From assembly GCA_013115145.1 (NCBI GenBank), contig JAAPAO010000118.1, forward strand, positions 1-64,000: a stretch of 64,000 bases of DNA, written 5' to 3'. This DNA is from Perkinsus chesapeaki ATCC PRA-425 (Eukaryota > Protista > Perkinsozoa). Made by a program: the position numbers and the translations under genes. Of the stretch, positions 1 to 12,744 are shown piece by piece. The first letter of the stretch is position 1. Each line of letters starts with the position of its first letter. Under the pieces are notes generated by a model that did not search any database, had not been told where the DNA came from, and saw only the letters and a program-made list of their open reading frames with translations.

Positions 1-16
1 ACTCACAAAAACTTAA

Positions 17-721
17 TCACTGAGTGCCGCCGCCATTCGGTACTATTAGTGACCCAGCAATAACAGAAATGGTCATGATAATGAGCATTCGGAAGATAGA
101 CTGGAGACTTGAGATTTTCGATGATGAATGACAAGTATCTTGTACAACAGCAGCTGAGACCTGCTGACGAGGCTCAGTTCGGATTCCTTCGCATACCGGT
201 TTTGTAACATATTTCACCGGATATACAGGAGGCTTTCCTTCGACCACAGGAGGACCCTTTTCTGCCTTAATGTCTGCTCTCGCCACAACGGAGTCTTTAT
301 CGGCAGCACGCTCAGGATCAGCGTGCAATTGCTTACCTGACGAAACGATATTTTCGAGTACCAGGAGCATCGATTTTGAACCCAAAAAGACTCATTTAGT
401 GAACCTTCTCAAACTAGGCATATATCTTGTGTCAACATCTGCACATCATCCACATCAACGAAGGCCCCAAGTCTAAGGCCTCATCATCATCACCCGCGTC
501 TCTATGTTCTCCGCCAATCCCCTCTTACTTCTCTCAAGCCGCCTACTAGCCAGGATCTGCCGGCAAACCTCCTTTGGCACCACTGCCTCTGGCGGATAGA
601 ATCCAGAGAAAGCATATTTCCAGTATAGGTCTTCATATCTTTCGGCGATTCTAACCGCATAGCGATGCCTGATGACAGGATTAAGGATGGCGTGGTCCAG
701 GAAATCCATCAACTTCTTCAA
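17..721 (-). CDS. Hypothetical multi-exon protein, probably continuing beyond the window start
   Basis: Co-oriented ORFs 473-721 and 17-385 with plausible composition; no recognisable domain. Confidence 0.35.
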
Positions 722-3700
722 CCTCTAGCGCCACATTCACCACGATACAAGTAAACAAATGGTGAGAAAGCGGAATCTATTCCCCAGTACTGCTCAGTGT
801 GAGGTACCATAATAATATGCAGCGCGAGCCAGTCGGATATATAAGTGCGCGAGCCGGAAGCATGACCGGCGGAAGATGCTGCTGTCGTCCCTAGACCAAC
901 CCTACTATTACGTTGGATCGGTAGTGCATCCGTTCATCACTGACATGACCTTATCAACAAATCCTCGGGCTCCTATACGTAAGATCCACTTCACTACAGA
1001 ATTAGGGACCAGCCATGTCGGTACGCCAGGATCAGCTAGAACGGTAACGAATCTAACAATAATACCACAATCGGTGTAATATGTGGCTGCCAAATAAATA
1101 GGCTCCATAAGAATTGTGGGACGAATAAGGAGTATACTATAATACAGGTTTTTAATGTGTTATTATACCGAACCCCAATTCCTGCGTATACTTCGCGTTG
1201 GAGCTGAGCTACATCGAAGCAAACGCTTCTTAAAGCCAGAACACCTTGGAATATTACACATCGCTCCGTTCGTTGGGGTTCGTCAAAGATGGTCGTACAT
1301 ACACCGCGGTGGCCTTCTGCTCAGTTCGGAACACCTACACAGTCTCACATGTACTACCGCGAAGCCCCAATCTGAATAGTACTACCCTTCGACCAGGCTC
1401 CTCTAGCTTAACACCTTTCCATGATTTAGCGTCCAATGGTGGAGAATAATCAACCATCAGAGATCCCGGCGTTGGGGAACATTTCGGGGACCATGCGTAG
1501 AGGGTCCTGAATAATAATTGAAGAGTGAATAGCATACGTTGACAAAAACGAAATAGGGAGCTAGGCATGGAGAGTGCACGGTGGGCGATAATGTCGAATT
1601 TTTAGCGGGTCTCACGAACTTACGGTCGATTGCTGAGCTCAACTGAAGGAACACAGACGATATTTCAAAAGGAAGTTTCAACTTTACTTATTGGATTGGA
1701 ATTCAGCGAGAAATTTACAGGAATTTCCTGGGACGCCCCACCACTGGACTCGCCAAGGTACTACCGATGGGAGTAGGAATCCACTCCCTTTATGCCAGGT
1801 ACAGGTGGAACTGCATATAGCCTAGTCATCATCTCATCCAATATAACAGGACTGCTTGGTGAAGGGTGACTATATGTTGTGTCCTCTTCACCACTATAGC
1901 TGGCACGAGTACTACTACTTGTTGGACAGGAACAGGGGGACTGAGGAATAGGCACAGTAAAGATAAGAGCACCCAAAAGATATTACATCGGACATCCATT
2001 CAAGGTCGTCCATCTGACTGGTAGGGGTTTGCGATCCACCGCCTCCGCCACACGGGGCTTTGTCGTGCTCAGTGAACTCGGCTACCTTATCGACAGTTTC
2101 AAGCATCGGGAACCATACTGTAATAATAGCGTAATTGATAGGCAAGAGAGGTAGCGGGAGGCTTACAAGGGGCCATATCCATCTCCCAGCTGGCAGCTAC
2201 TTGGAACAGATAAGGGACGTCCATACCTTCTATAACTATTTGACCTTTAAGCAAACCTAAAGACTTTATTATTACAAACTATGCAACGGTGGGACGAATT
2301 TGAAGTGTGAATAACATACACAGCTAAAGACTTTAAATGTGTTTTAATAACCGGGCAAATGACATTCTCAGGCGTTAAGTATAGCAGACACCGTGGTAAA
2401 GTATATTTTAATATGCAAAATAACGACTGAGAATCCAACAGCATCATTAATGAGTGATGAAGCTTTAACATGCCGTATGAGCTCAAGAAACACCCGCAGT
2501 ATACTCAATATACCGCTCAGTGTACTATATTGAGATACCACTGGGGTACTGGCCAACATTCAACAAGCTCGACCGGGGGGCATGAGCACTCCTACCACTT
2601 ACCTTTATGAAATTCACAATCAACGCTCATCTTGCATTCCGGATCACTATTATCAACTTGCATCGCCATAGCGTCCTTAGTTTCCTTAATGTCCATGTCA
2701 TCCTTCTTATGCATGTGGGGTATCCAACTACTATGTGAACTTTTCTTGGTAACTCTGTTGGATTCATCGTGTCGAGCCACAGCCTGATCACAGTTGTTCA
2801 GCAAACCAAAAATCAACATATTTCTTATTTCCCAGTATTAAGGGGGAGGTTGACCAAAACCGGGCACTCTTAACATTCCCCGGCACGAGCATATTCCCTA
2901 CACCAATTCGGTAAGATAATTTTACGGTTCAACTAAATCGAATGAGATTCAATACAGTTTTTTAAAGAGATCGAGAATTCCTCAGAAGTAGTCATCTGTA
3001 ATAGATTCAGCTGCATAACTGGGCATGGTGACTGCGTCGAAGTCCCAGAGATCCCTCCTACATTTTCAGTCATTGAAATGCTCCATCTGGTGGCATCAGT
3101 CCATTTCTTAATCATTTCATCGTCCTCTGGTGATTGACAGTTGTTAGGTTCCGAAAGGCCAAGTTCCTCGGGAGGGGGGCCGATGTCTCCTCGAGGAGCT
3201 CGGGGACGATAAGATATTTCTGGTGAAATACCAGGCATTTATAATAAGCTTAAATGCTATTTAAAACGAGCTTTATAATCAAAGTTCTATCGGGAAGTAA
3301 TTGGCCGGTTCGATCCCCGGTAGTGACATTTTTACCACTGAAAAATCTAAAAAGAGCAATTGTTCGAAAACTCGCTTATCAGTTCGGGTTTCGCGTAGGG
3401 ATATTGAGGGAGTATTACTATTATAATAGTATAGTACTTGATTAGTACATATTACTCAATCAACCAACATTCGAAACGAGACACTGTAAATTTGAACCCT
3501 ACGTGCCAATACAGTCCAAAATCGATCCCGAGTGGCTCAGATCAGGACCTCCTCCTCCGAGGTGGCAACTCGGAGCGTATGTAGCAGTATAAGTAACTCT
3601 TGGACTAAAGTGCTTATTGAACCAACCTAATTCTATTACTGCTTTCCGTCCCATTGATCTTTGAACTCACGCCGTGGTAAGGCGGCTTGGATCGTTGAAT

Positions 3701-4366
3701 AACCCAATACGCTCACCCTTATATAATAAGGGCAATCTCACAACCGTTTGAAAGAGAAGGAGCACACCATGCAAATAATACATTGAATACATACTAGCCC
3801 AAAGTCTCATATCGTTTTATGCCATCCAAATCAGTACCCTCGTCATCTCCACCACCCCCTTCTCGCACCGCTTCTGCCAATACGGATCTTTCCCGACCCA
3901 GACGGACACGGTCAACCTGTACGCAACTATTGTATATCTCTCAAATAGGTCTTTGTAGGTTCACATTGCCGAGAGCCTCCTATAGACCACTTGCATGTTG
4001 ACAGATACGAGTTCTGGGCGGGCAATCCTAGCGTTCAGATGAGCACCGGTAAGTCTGTCTTCGCCTAAAGCACACTGTAGAGGTTTACAGGCCTCATTTA
4101 CGTCCGTGAATTTGATTTCAATACCAAGTACGGCCGATCGTCTTCGTCCTCATCGGCCCTACATTATGAAGGGTTCGAGCCCACAGTGCTATTGTGTCCG
4201 TCTGTCTCGAAGGATACCCCTCCGACAGAGGTCGTGGCTGTATGGGAAGGGTATGAGGTGGGCGTGGAACAGTATAAGGTAAGAAGGGATGACGAGATGA
4301 TGGTGCGAGGCTATTCATGAGATCGTATGAACTAGGCGGTAGAATTGCACTGGTTTAAAGCCCGCA

Positions 4367-4388
4367 GTGAAGACTCTTCACTGAAGAG
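4367..4388. mobile_element. 22-bp excision-type footprint (perfect), 8-mer GTGAAGAG
   Basis: gtgaaga-ctcttcac-tgaagag. Confidence 0.75.
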
Positions 4389-4665
4389 CGCTCGGTGTTG
4401 GTATATGTCCGATATAATGCCTGTCGGCCTTGTCGAGATGGAATCTGCAATTTCTTCATTACTAGTATGTGGAATGCATTCTCTTCAATCTTGGGATTTT
4501 CGTGAAATCATCCGAGATTTTACTTCCTTACCAACTTGTTCAGTTAACCGGATGAATATATTCTAAAACTGTTGCGCCCAACTGTGGATGACGTCCACAA
4601 AAACGGTCTCTGCGGGCCCTAAACTCGGGTGTTGGTTCGAGTTTCGATGAGAAATACTCCCGGAA

Positions 4666-6624
4666 ATGGGTATGTCCGCTCTTGGACTTTCACGGTGGAA
4701 GTATCGTCATGTAGTCGTACGTCGCTCAGAAGTTGAGTGTGCTACCGTTGGTGATATTCCGTATAAGAATGCTCTCGGCCTCCCGAGAAGGTTACACTGT
4801 ACATCGGAAGAACTCCCTTGGCCTGGCGAAGCTCGCCATCTGTATTATTAGGTTCTTCATGGCCCTTACCCAGATTCATATCTTATATTGGTTCTGGTAG
4901 GAGGATCAGATTCACATGCGAATGCTCGGCAATTAGTTGGTGGCGCTAGTAATACCTCAACGATGACCTCCATAGCATCTTCGTTGCTTAGGCAGCTCCT
5001 TGCCTTTATTGGAAGTCACCGGTTGTCGAATAGATGGGGCCGTCTCGAAATCGACGGACGATATCCTCGCGCCCGTACAACTTTTCGCTCCAGTCCTCAC
5101 CAAGGACCACCAATGCAGCATTTGTCTCGACCCCTTATTGTAGGGACCTGTGTGTGTCATGTATCAACCTCGCGGGTATCTTGAAAGATACTCTCCGAGC
5201 GCAATCTCAACTGGAGGGCAAGCTGCATGCGGCGGAGGTGGAGTAGCTTTGACTATCCTCTGTGGGCACAGTTTTCATTGGAAGTGCCTATCCAAATGGT
5301 GCGATCGATCATGCCCAGTATGCCGCTTCCAGCAGTATCCTTCAAGGTAAGTTCGGACAACAAGGGATTCCGTCAGAAATTGGGAACGTCTAAATTAGGC
5401 TACCAGTGCTTCGAATAGTAGGGATCTGATGAAATCGTGCCCTCGGAAACCTTAGCAACGGAATGCTTGTCTGGCAGGTGCAGCAGCTGTGACGTGTGTG
5501 GAGAGGCTGATTCCATGAAATTAATGGTGTGTTTGGTGTGCGGCTTCATCGGATGTAAGTTGAGCAACGATGGTCATCGGTGAAATCATGACATCTCATC
5601 TCAGGTTGCGACATGGACGGGTATCCGAGCCTCCTAGGCCGTGACGAGGCGAACTCTGACAACCGGTACACCCACGCTTATGAGCATTTCCTGGAGTCAG
5701 ACCATGCCTTTGCGATGCAGGTAGCTTGGAGTCTACTTTTCACTTCGGAATATTCGCTCGTTGATGGCAGGTTTCGACCCAGTCTGTGTTTGATTTTTCC
5801 GAAGGCGATTTTGTCGGCATGAGTGGTCGTAACTCGGATGCAGACGGAGAAGATGCCAAAAGGGGTGAGAAGAGTAAAGGTGAGTTGAAGAGGCGTCTGG
5901 ATGGGTCACACTTGGGGCAGGGTCGAGGCAAAAGATCCATAGAGTTGCTAAGAAGATTCTCCAAGGCGATGAGGATGACCTCATGAGCGAGTTCAATGAA
6001 GTCTATACGACACTACAAGAGTCTCAACAGCAGCATTATGAGGAGATCTTTGAGCAGATCAGAAGTCGCAACCGAGAGAGGTAGGTAGAAGTACACCTTG
6101 CCAAGTGAGGTGCTGGAAAGTTACGCTGCTGCTACGGAAGAACGAGATGAAGTTTTGTCGAGGCTCTGTGATGCCCGGGATGAGCTCGATACTGTCGAAG
6201 ATGATCGGGCTCGGCTTGAGCTGGAACTGACAAATGTTAGCACTTCGCTGGAAAGGTGAGAAAATGCTCGTATAGGGCTAGTGCATTTTCAATCAGACTA
6301 CAACGATCGTGTGACGAGTTTGAAGGACAGAAGACTGTGCTTGAGGATGAGATAGCCGGCTTGAAGAAAGAACTTCAGCGTCGAACGATCGCTTCAACGG
6401 TATACAACAGACATCCAGTTGTTAAGGTGGAGCTCATTTGGCAGGTTCGAACAAAAAAACTTCATGACGAGAAGACCGACCTCCGGGAGCAGATGAAAGA
6501 TCTGAAGCAATATCTAAGAATGCGAGCTCAAGTTGATAAATCTGGCGCTACCGATGCTGACGTCCAAGGCAGTTTCGTTATCACTCAGAACGCTGGCCGG
6601 AATTCCAGGCGCAAGAAGCGGTGA
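4666..6624 (+). CDS. BRAP2: BRCA1-associated protein (BRAP2/IMP/ETP1)-like RING and ZnF-UBP E3 ligase, multi-exon, 5' end approximate
   Basis: RING half [23 protein letters not shown] (about 5260-5340); UBP zinc finger pieces C..CDVC...[12 protein letters not shown] and [15 protein letters not shown]; C-terminal coiled coil ending [13 protein letters not shown]...RRKKR*. Confidence 0.85.
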
Positions 6625-6690
6625 CTATTTTTTGTATTTCCTGTTCAACTTGCATACCACTTCACCTTTCACCACTTCATTTGTTGTGTT

Positions 6691-7253
6691 ATGAGTTCGC
6701 AGAAGGGGTTACTCGAAGACGGTCCTCTGCCGGAGCATTCAGATCACCCGAGTATGTGGCTCACATAGTTAGATCAGCAGCTGGTTTAGTACGCCGTCCC
6801 CACTACGAACACTTTAGCTCGAGTTAGTAGACCGATATGTGGTGACACTGGGCAACGTATCTTTGTAGCTCAACGACGCTAGAACAAGCTTTGACAGACT
6901 TTGGCCTATGGGCCGTGACAGCGGTGAAGGTATGTAGCAGCAGGATTGGTCGTGCAAATGCCGTACAGTGCGGCCCCTGTTGCAGTGACATTGCTAACGC
7001 CACAAACTTTCTCGAGCTTTCCGATGAAGTTTACGAGTAACTAAAGAGCTCGTAGTTGGCAATGTGCGGACAATATTGCGGTTCAACTACCATATCATCG
7101 CCTGCTGCGTTTGCGGGGTATATTGATGATTGTCGATTACAGGATTTGGACAAGCTATGTAACAGTGTAGAACTTGAGTTTTCCGCGGAGTCCACACGAG
7201 GAACTGAAGTGGACATCCATGTAACATCCACTCACGCCCGAGGACGAACCTAA
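6691..7253 (+). CDS. Small hypothetical multi-exon protein
   Basis: ATG at 6691, short GT-AG-bounded open segments and terminal ORF 7056-7253. Confidence 0.3.
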
Positions 7254-7475
7254 TGGATCTTTAAGATTCGGAATCTTGGATTCTGCGAGCTCACATGTGA
7301 AACATTGTTGACACAAAAATGAGCTTATATAAGTGAAGCGATAGAATCATACGGTGTGGTGAGAGCATCGTAGAATGATATAACGAAAGATATAATGGAT
7401 AACTCTCACTTTTATCAACTGTCATAAGCTAAGTCTTTTGTCATCATAATAATGATAATAATGAAGTATTACGAT

Positions 7476-7497
7476 ATGCGATTATCGCATTGCGATA
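7476..7497. mobile_element. 22-bp footprint (perfect), 8-mer ATGCGATA
   Basis: atgcgat-tatcgcat-tgcgata. Confidence 0.75.
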
Positions 7498-7702
7498 GTA
7501 TAGCGATCATTCAGCAACACAGTTGGTTGAATCAACCCCCTCCGGTACTCCTGAAACTTCCTTGGTTGTTGGGCAATAGGAGTATCTATATTCACAAATA
7601 TGTGAGGTACTCTCCAGTGGAGTGTAGAGTTCTCACTAGAACTACCAGCCATTTCTATAACGAGGGTCGCCTTTCCTTGGGCAGTAGAGGAGGGCCGCTC
7701 TT

Positions 7703-7724
7703 GCTTCAAGTTGAAGCCGTCAAC
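7703..7724. mobile_element. 22-bp footprint (1 mismatch), 8-mer GCTTCAAC
   Basis: gcttcaa-gttgaagc-cgtcaac. Confidence 0.65.
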
Positions 7725-8176
7725 CAAACTCTTCGTCCACATAGAGGAAGTTAAATCTAGGATTTCCACTTTCAGAGTAACTCGAGCTCTAGTTTTAGAG
7801 CTTTGTATCGCGTTTATAAATTATTATAATGGCTTCAAATGCTACAGGGTGCCCCCCCGGGATTTAGTAACGAGTGTATCATGGATAATGTATATGTTAT
7901 TGGTATCACGGATACGGTATCATATACGGTACGGATAGCGTACCGGGATACCATTCCAAAGCTCTCGCCGAGATCTTTCTAATGCCGTACGAGTCACTCC
8001 GATATTCGTACTGTACATCGAGCAATGGTCAAACGAAAAAATGTCTACATGGGGAAATGTGCTACCGGATTTGCAATTTCGCTATCTTTCGTTGTCTAAA
8101 GAGCCAAATGAACCAGATGCAACATACAGATATCATGTAGTAACAGGCCACTAGTAACAGTATATAGTAGTAACTT

Positions 8177-8419
8177 ATGACTACTATACAGGCTACAGCC
8201 TGTATTTCATCTATCATCGTTTACTCGATAGGGAGTGCGGTATTCTATGCTAATGACTGCATCGTAACGATGCTGAAAGCAGAAGGTTCTCTTTCGTTAT
8301 CACTAGTTGGCCTAGAGCTACCACTGATAACTTTCGATTTGCGGTGGGATTTCCTAGCTTCCATCGCCCAAGATGAGCCTGTTGTGTTTTGTGAGCTGTA
8401 TCATCTGCGTATAGGTTAG
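8177..8419 (+). other. Duplicated short coding-like segment (paralog at 12745-13004)
   Basis: TACISSIIVYSIGSAVFYANDCIVTMLK...DEPVVFCELYHLRIG* aligns to SACVASIIIHLIGKVVFPANDCVVIMLK...DDPVVFCKLYHLRIG*, with several synonymous differences in the + frame. Confidence 0.45.
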
Positions 8420-8774
8420 AGGGATGTAATTCGCGACAAGTAGTTATTCCACACTCTGGCCAGTGTCACTGGCGAACTCAGAAAACGCTCGAAAAACGGT
8501 GCTATATCTGAATTAGGCTCTCCGGAGTTAAGCCAGTAAGGCTATCCGATCCATTCCACAAGTGTCTGAAGTATAATTCCCTGAAGCGCCTCTTGCACAT
8601 CGACTCGCACAAACCTGCCCGAGCGATTTGTTCTCGTACCCAAAAGAAGGACGAACGGGAAACATGACCGATTTGGTCGCTTACGAAGGAGCAGTGCATG
8701 TGAGCCACCGTGGGCCACAAGACACCCACAGGCCCAGTGGCTAAACCGTGAGAGTAGGAGCGAAATGAATAACG

Positions 8775-8880
8775 CGGAGGCTCAGGCCGCTTGAGCTAGG
8801 CGGGCCTCGTTTAGGCCCGCTGCACCCCTACCCCACTTGAGAGACGCGAGGCATGCGTACGGGCATAGCTGCCCGCTCCG
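8775..8880. other. GC-rich four-hairpin structured element of unknown function
   Basis: Closing stem cggag/ctccg encloses four hairpins of 6, 8, 5 and 6 bp. Confidence 0.4.
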
Positions 8881-9144
8881 ATGAGGGATGTGATGACTAC
8901 AGTTGGACATACAATATGTTATGAGTCATTAACAATGACATCGGAGAATGTGACACTTCGCTCTGTCTACTCCATCATGTAGGCGCTACACCAACTCGCC
9001 CAATGAAGTACTTTTTGAACTTGCTACATTGTTGAGGGTCAACTTCATTACGGAACGCATTCTCAGGAAGTCATGTTTCTTAAGATTTGCGAACAACTAG
9101 GGCGTGTTATTCGAGAACTCTCCTAGGTATGTGTTATATATGAG

Positions 9145-9166
9145 GAGTAAAATTTACTCAGCAAAT
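9145..9166. mobile_element. 22-bp footprint (1 mismatch), 8-mer GAGTAAAT
   Basis: gagtaaa-atttactc-agcaaat. Confidence 0.65.
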
Positions 9167-9445
9167 ACTTACTAATATTATACTGCCCGAATATACTCCC
9201 TAACCGCTATTGCGGCATATAACTAAGTTGAATACCCAAAACTGCACGCAAAGCTCACTTCTTCGCTGCAGTTTTAAGCTGTGACTGCTGAGGATGTTAT
9301 TGTGTTGCTATTATGATGTATAATAACGACGAAACTATTCATAGGGAACATATGCGGAGTACCCATAGGCTGATCCGCCTCAGTTGCTCCACAATCTTAA
9401 GAGAAGGGTTGCTCACAATATGTTGTGCAGTGTATATCATAACAT

Positions 9446-10546
9446 ATGTGGGCTGCTCTTCACATTCTCTCACTTTTTATCCCCATTCATTCTACCAACA
9501 GGTTCTATAAGTGGGTCGATTACCCTTGGGTGTTCAAGGAAGGCCCCTTCTGCCGCGACGGAACTCTCTGCCCAGAGAGTCAGAACTACACTTGGGACTT
9601 TTACTTTGACAAGCTCCTCGATATCGGTGGAGAAAGTTTTGTGCTTGGTGATTACAATATCAAAAACAGCGAATTCGTGAATTATAGCGGCTTCGAATGG
9701 GATATGTGTGGTTTCGATGATTTAAAGCGAAGAGTTGAGGATAAAAATGGTACGGTTTTATGCTCAGTGGAGCTTTACGATAGAGCTTTCAACAAGACCG
9801 TCTTCCTTGAGAGCGCCACGGGCTTCCTCAAGAAGTATCCAGTGAACGGTTTCATGATATCTGTATTCAAAGAATCTGAACCGAATGTGATGCTAGAAGT
9901 CATCCAGAGTATTCAGGAGCTGAATCTTACCGCGGCACTGTAGTAAGTGTGGAACTGGTCACGGAGAGTACTAAATGATCGTTGTATGGCAGTTTCGGCT
10001 CGACAGAGTGGCATGTCGCAAAGCAGTGCGGGCTGGCTGCGACCGCAGATCTCATTTTTGTTGGCTTGGAGCCAAAATATGATGATCAAATAGTGACCTT
10101 TAACACTGATGCATTCGCCGAGGAAGCTATCAAGAATGCCAGCCTAACCGGTGCGAAACCTGAAAATATGGTTTTAGCGGTAAGCTCACCGCTTAGTCGC
10201 TCTCGGATACAGCTACTGAGGGCTCTTCAATGAGTCATTGCTTCTTCAGATACCACTGATCGCAAGAGCAGTTCATCCCGCCTCTGACATGGGCTACTCC
10301 AACATGATCTACGACTTCAACGCGGATCCTAAGGGAAACGGATCGGTTATCTCCAGCTCTAATAACACATATTATTTCTTCTCTCAAACCCGTGCCGGTG
10401 ATAAGTTAGGATTGGTCACAGAACATGGTCTACATGGCGTCATGCTCGCATCTGGATATTTATTAACGGCAGACCTCTATCCATGGGATGAATCATCGCT
10501 CTTCTATGCCTTAGCTACGAAAAGTGCAAAGCCAGTCCAAAGTTGA
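9446..10546 (+). CDS. Secreted GH18 chitinase-like protein lacking the catalytic motif (3 exons)
   Basis: Signal peptide MWAALHILSLFIPIHS; FLKKYPVNGFMIS occupies the position of FLRKYGFDGIDIDWE; C-terminal YFFSQTRAGDKLGLVTEHGLHGVML resembles the GH18 last strand; introns at about 9943 and 10181. Confidence 0.7.
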
Positions 10547-11039
10547 TGATCAGGTACAGTGTTACCTGATCGGACAAGATGGAATTCCTTATCAGGCCTG
10601 CTCTTTGCGCCATCAGATCTGGATCTACTTCACCCGTCCGATAAGTATCGATTAAAATGGAGTACACTTATTATTGTAGCTTGAGCGATTACTCCAACAG
10701 TTGTACGTATGTACATTGTTATACTCGTCCGCCTACCGCCTGTTGCGCTCCTAGTACCCGGATGGCTAGCCGAACTGTTATCATTGATTATCACGGTGAT
10801 ATCCATGTGAAAACACCTGTGGGCATCCTCATTATCATTAGCTGATGTCAGACGCGGATCACACCGTAATGGTACAGCCCTCCCCAATGAATAGAATATT
10901 CCGTTTTTAACGATTTCTCGTCTGCTATTGCGTATGACGGTCGTAGCGGACTAGCTGAAACCGCAAATCTCAGTTTTGTGTAATTGGTGCGTAATTATGA
11001 TGATTAAATATCATTAAGAGAGTTAAAATAATTCTCTTA

Positions 11040-11141
11040 TGATGACCTTTAACACCGAATCGGTGTCACCGATGCATTCGCCGAGGAAGCTATCACCAAT
11101 GCCAGCCTAGCTGGTGCGAAACCTATAAATATGATTTTAGC
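11040..11141 (+). pseudogene. Isolated ~100-bp fragment of GH18-like exon 2
   Basis: Close match to 10094-10180 (FNTDAFAEEAI.NASL.GAKP.NM.LA), interrupted by a 14-bp insertion. Confidence 0.75.
11052..11073. mobile_element. 22-bp footprint (perfect), 8-mer ACACCGAT, with paralogous empty site at 12259-12266
   Basis: acaccga-atcggtgt-caccgat. Confidence 0.85.
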
Positions 11142-11594
11142 GATGCTAATGTCAGCTGCTGGCAGTAAACCCTCGGAGTTAAGAGACCAAATTAGCTCGC
11201 CGGCGATCCTTCACAGCTGAGCTACCGCTCCCTCGTTTCCCGGTGGAGCTGTCTCCCCTCCTCCATTGAGACGACGTTTAGGACCGAGGCGCCGGATGTG
11301 ACATCTCTGGCCACAACTATAGCGAGCCGCTTGCTGCAAGCGAGAGAATTATACCTTGGACGATCCCACAGTGGGAGTCCCACTCCGGTTGGCATGACCT
11401 TTGCCTTTTCCTCGATGACCTTTGCCTTTACCCGTTTAGCTGCGGCGCTGCCCATCATAGCGTCTGCGTGCTGGCTGTGCTCGTCCGAACGAGCAGCTTT
11501 CAACTGATCACGGTCAGTCTCAGTCAACTAGTCAAGGCTGGTTGCTGTAAGGCATCAGAGCATGTGACTAGTAGCATCACCTTTGTTACGACAT

Positions 11595-12687
11595 ATGTGG
11601 ACTACTCTTCACATTCTCCTACTTCTCATTCCCCTTCAAGCTACGAGCGAGTTCTACAAATGGATTTCCTTCCCTTGGGCATACAGAGTAGGCCCCTGGT
11701 GCTTCAACCAAACCCTTTGCCCACACAAACAAAGTTACACTTGGGACTCTTACTTTGACCAACTGCTGGATATCGGTGCCAAGAACTTTGTACTCGGTGG
11801 TTACGAGGTTAGGAACAGTACAATCGTACAAGACTCCATACTATACCCTGAATGGAATGTATCTGGATTCATGGATCCACAACGACGGGTTACCGACAGG
11901 AATGGGACGACATTATGCGCATTGACAGTTTTCGACGAACCATTCGACAAGGCCCACTTCCTTGAGAGCACTAAAGCCTTCCTCAAGAAGTACTCTGTGA
12001 ACGGTTTTCAAATATCAGCATTCACCTGGTCGAAGGAAAGCATCGATGCTGTACTAGGTATCATTCGGACTATCCAGGAGCTGAATCTCACCGCGGCATT
12101 CCAGTAAGTGTCAAGTTTCTCGTTAATGTCGGCAGCCCTCTATGGCAGTTTTGGAACGACGAGTTGGGAGGTCGCGCATGAAAGAGGAATACCCGCAGCT
12201 GCAGACCTCAATTTTGTTGGCTTGTGGCCTACGTATAAGGGGCAAGTCGTGACCTTCAACACCGATGCATTTGCCGAGGAAGCGATCAAAAATGCCACCC
12301 TAGCAGGTGCTAAACCCGAAAACACAATCCTATCGGTGAGTTACCCATCCCGTTGACTGCGATTTCCGACTGGTCACTATTCGCTTCATCCATCTGTTTC
12401 TGTAGGTGCCCCTCGTCGCAAAAGCTACATATCCCACCTCAGACATGGGTTACTCTAGCATGATTTATGACTTCCATGCTGATCCTAAAGGCAATGGCTC
12501 GGTTATATTCAGTCCTGGTAATGGATATTATTTCTTCTCTCAAACCCGTGCCGTTGATAAGTTAAGATTAGTAAAACAACATGGTCTACATGGCGTCATG
12601 CTCGAGTCCGGATACGACATGTTGGAGGACCTCTATCCATGGGATGAGTCATCGCTCTTCTATGCCTTGGCTACAAAGAGTGTGTAA
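11595..12687 (+). CDS. Secreted GH18 chitinase-like protein lacking the catalytic motif, paralog 2 (3 exons)
   Basis: Signal peptide MWTTLHILLLLIPLQA; FLKKYSVNGFQIS; same intron positions and C-terminus (DLYPWDESSLFYALATKS) as paralog 1. Confidence 0.7.
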
Positions 12688-12744
12688 CACAACGGTCAAA
12701 GTTCGACCATTAAGTCACTTAGAAATAGTCATTAAAAGCAGGAT

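Noticed and set aside
1450-3238. Fragmented minus-strand ORFs as a possible decayed retroelement
   Set aside because: No gag, protease, RT or integrase motif or LTR could be identified.
8390-8420. LYADD on the minus strand here and at about 12985-13000, resembling an RT motif
   Set aside because: Differences between the two copies are non-synonymous in this frame and synonymous in the + frame; no other RT motifs are nearby.
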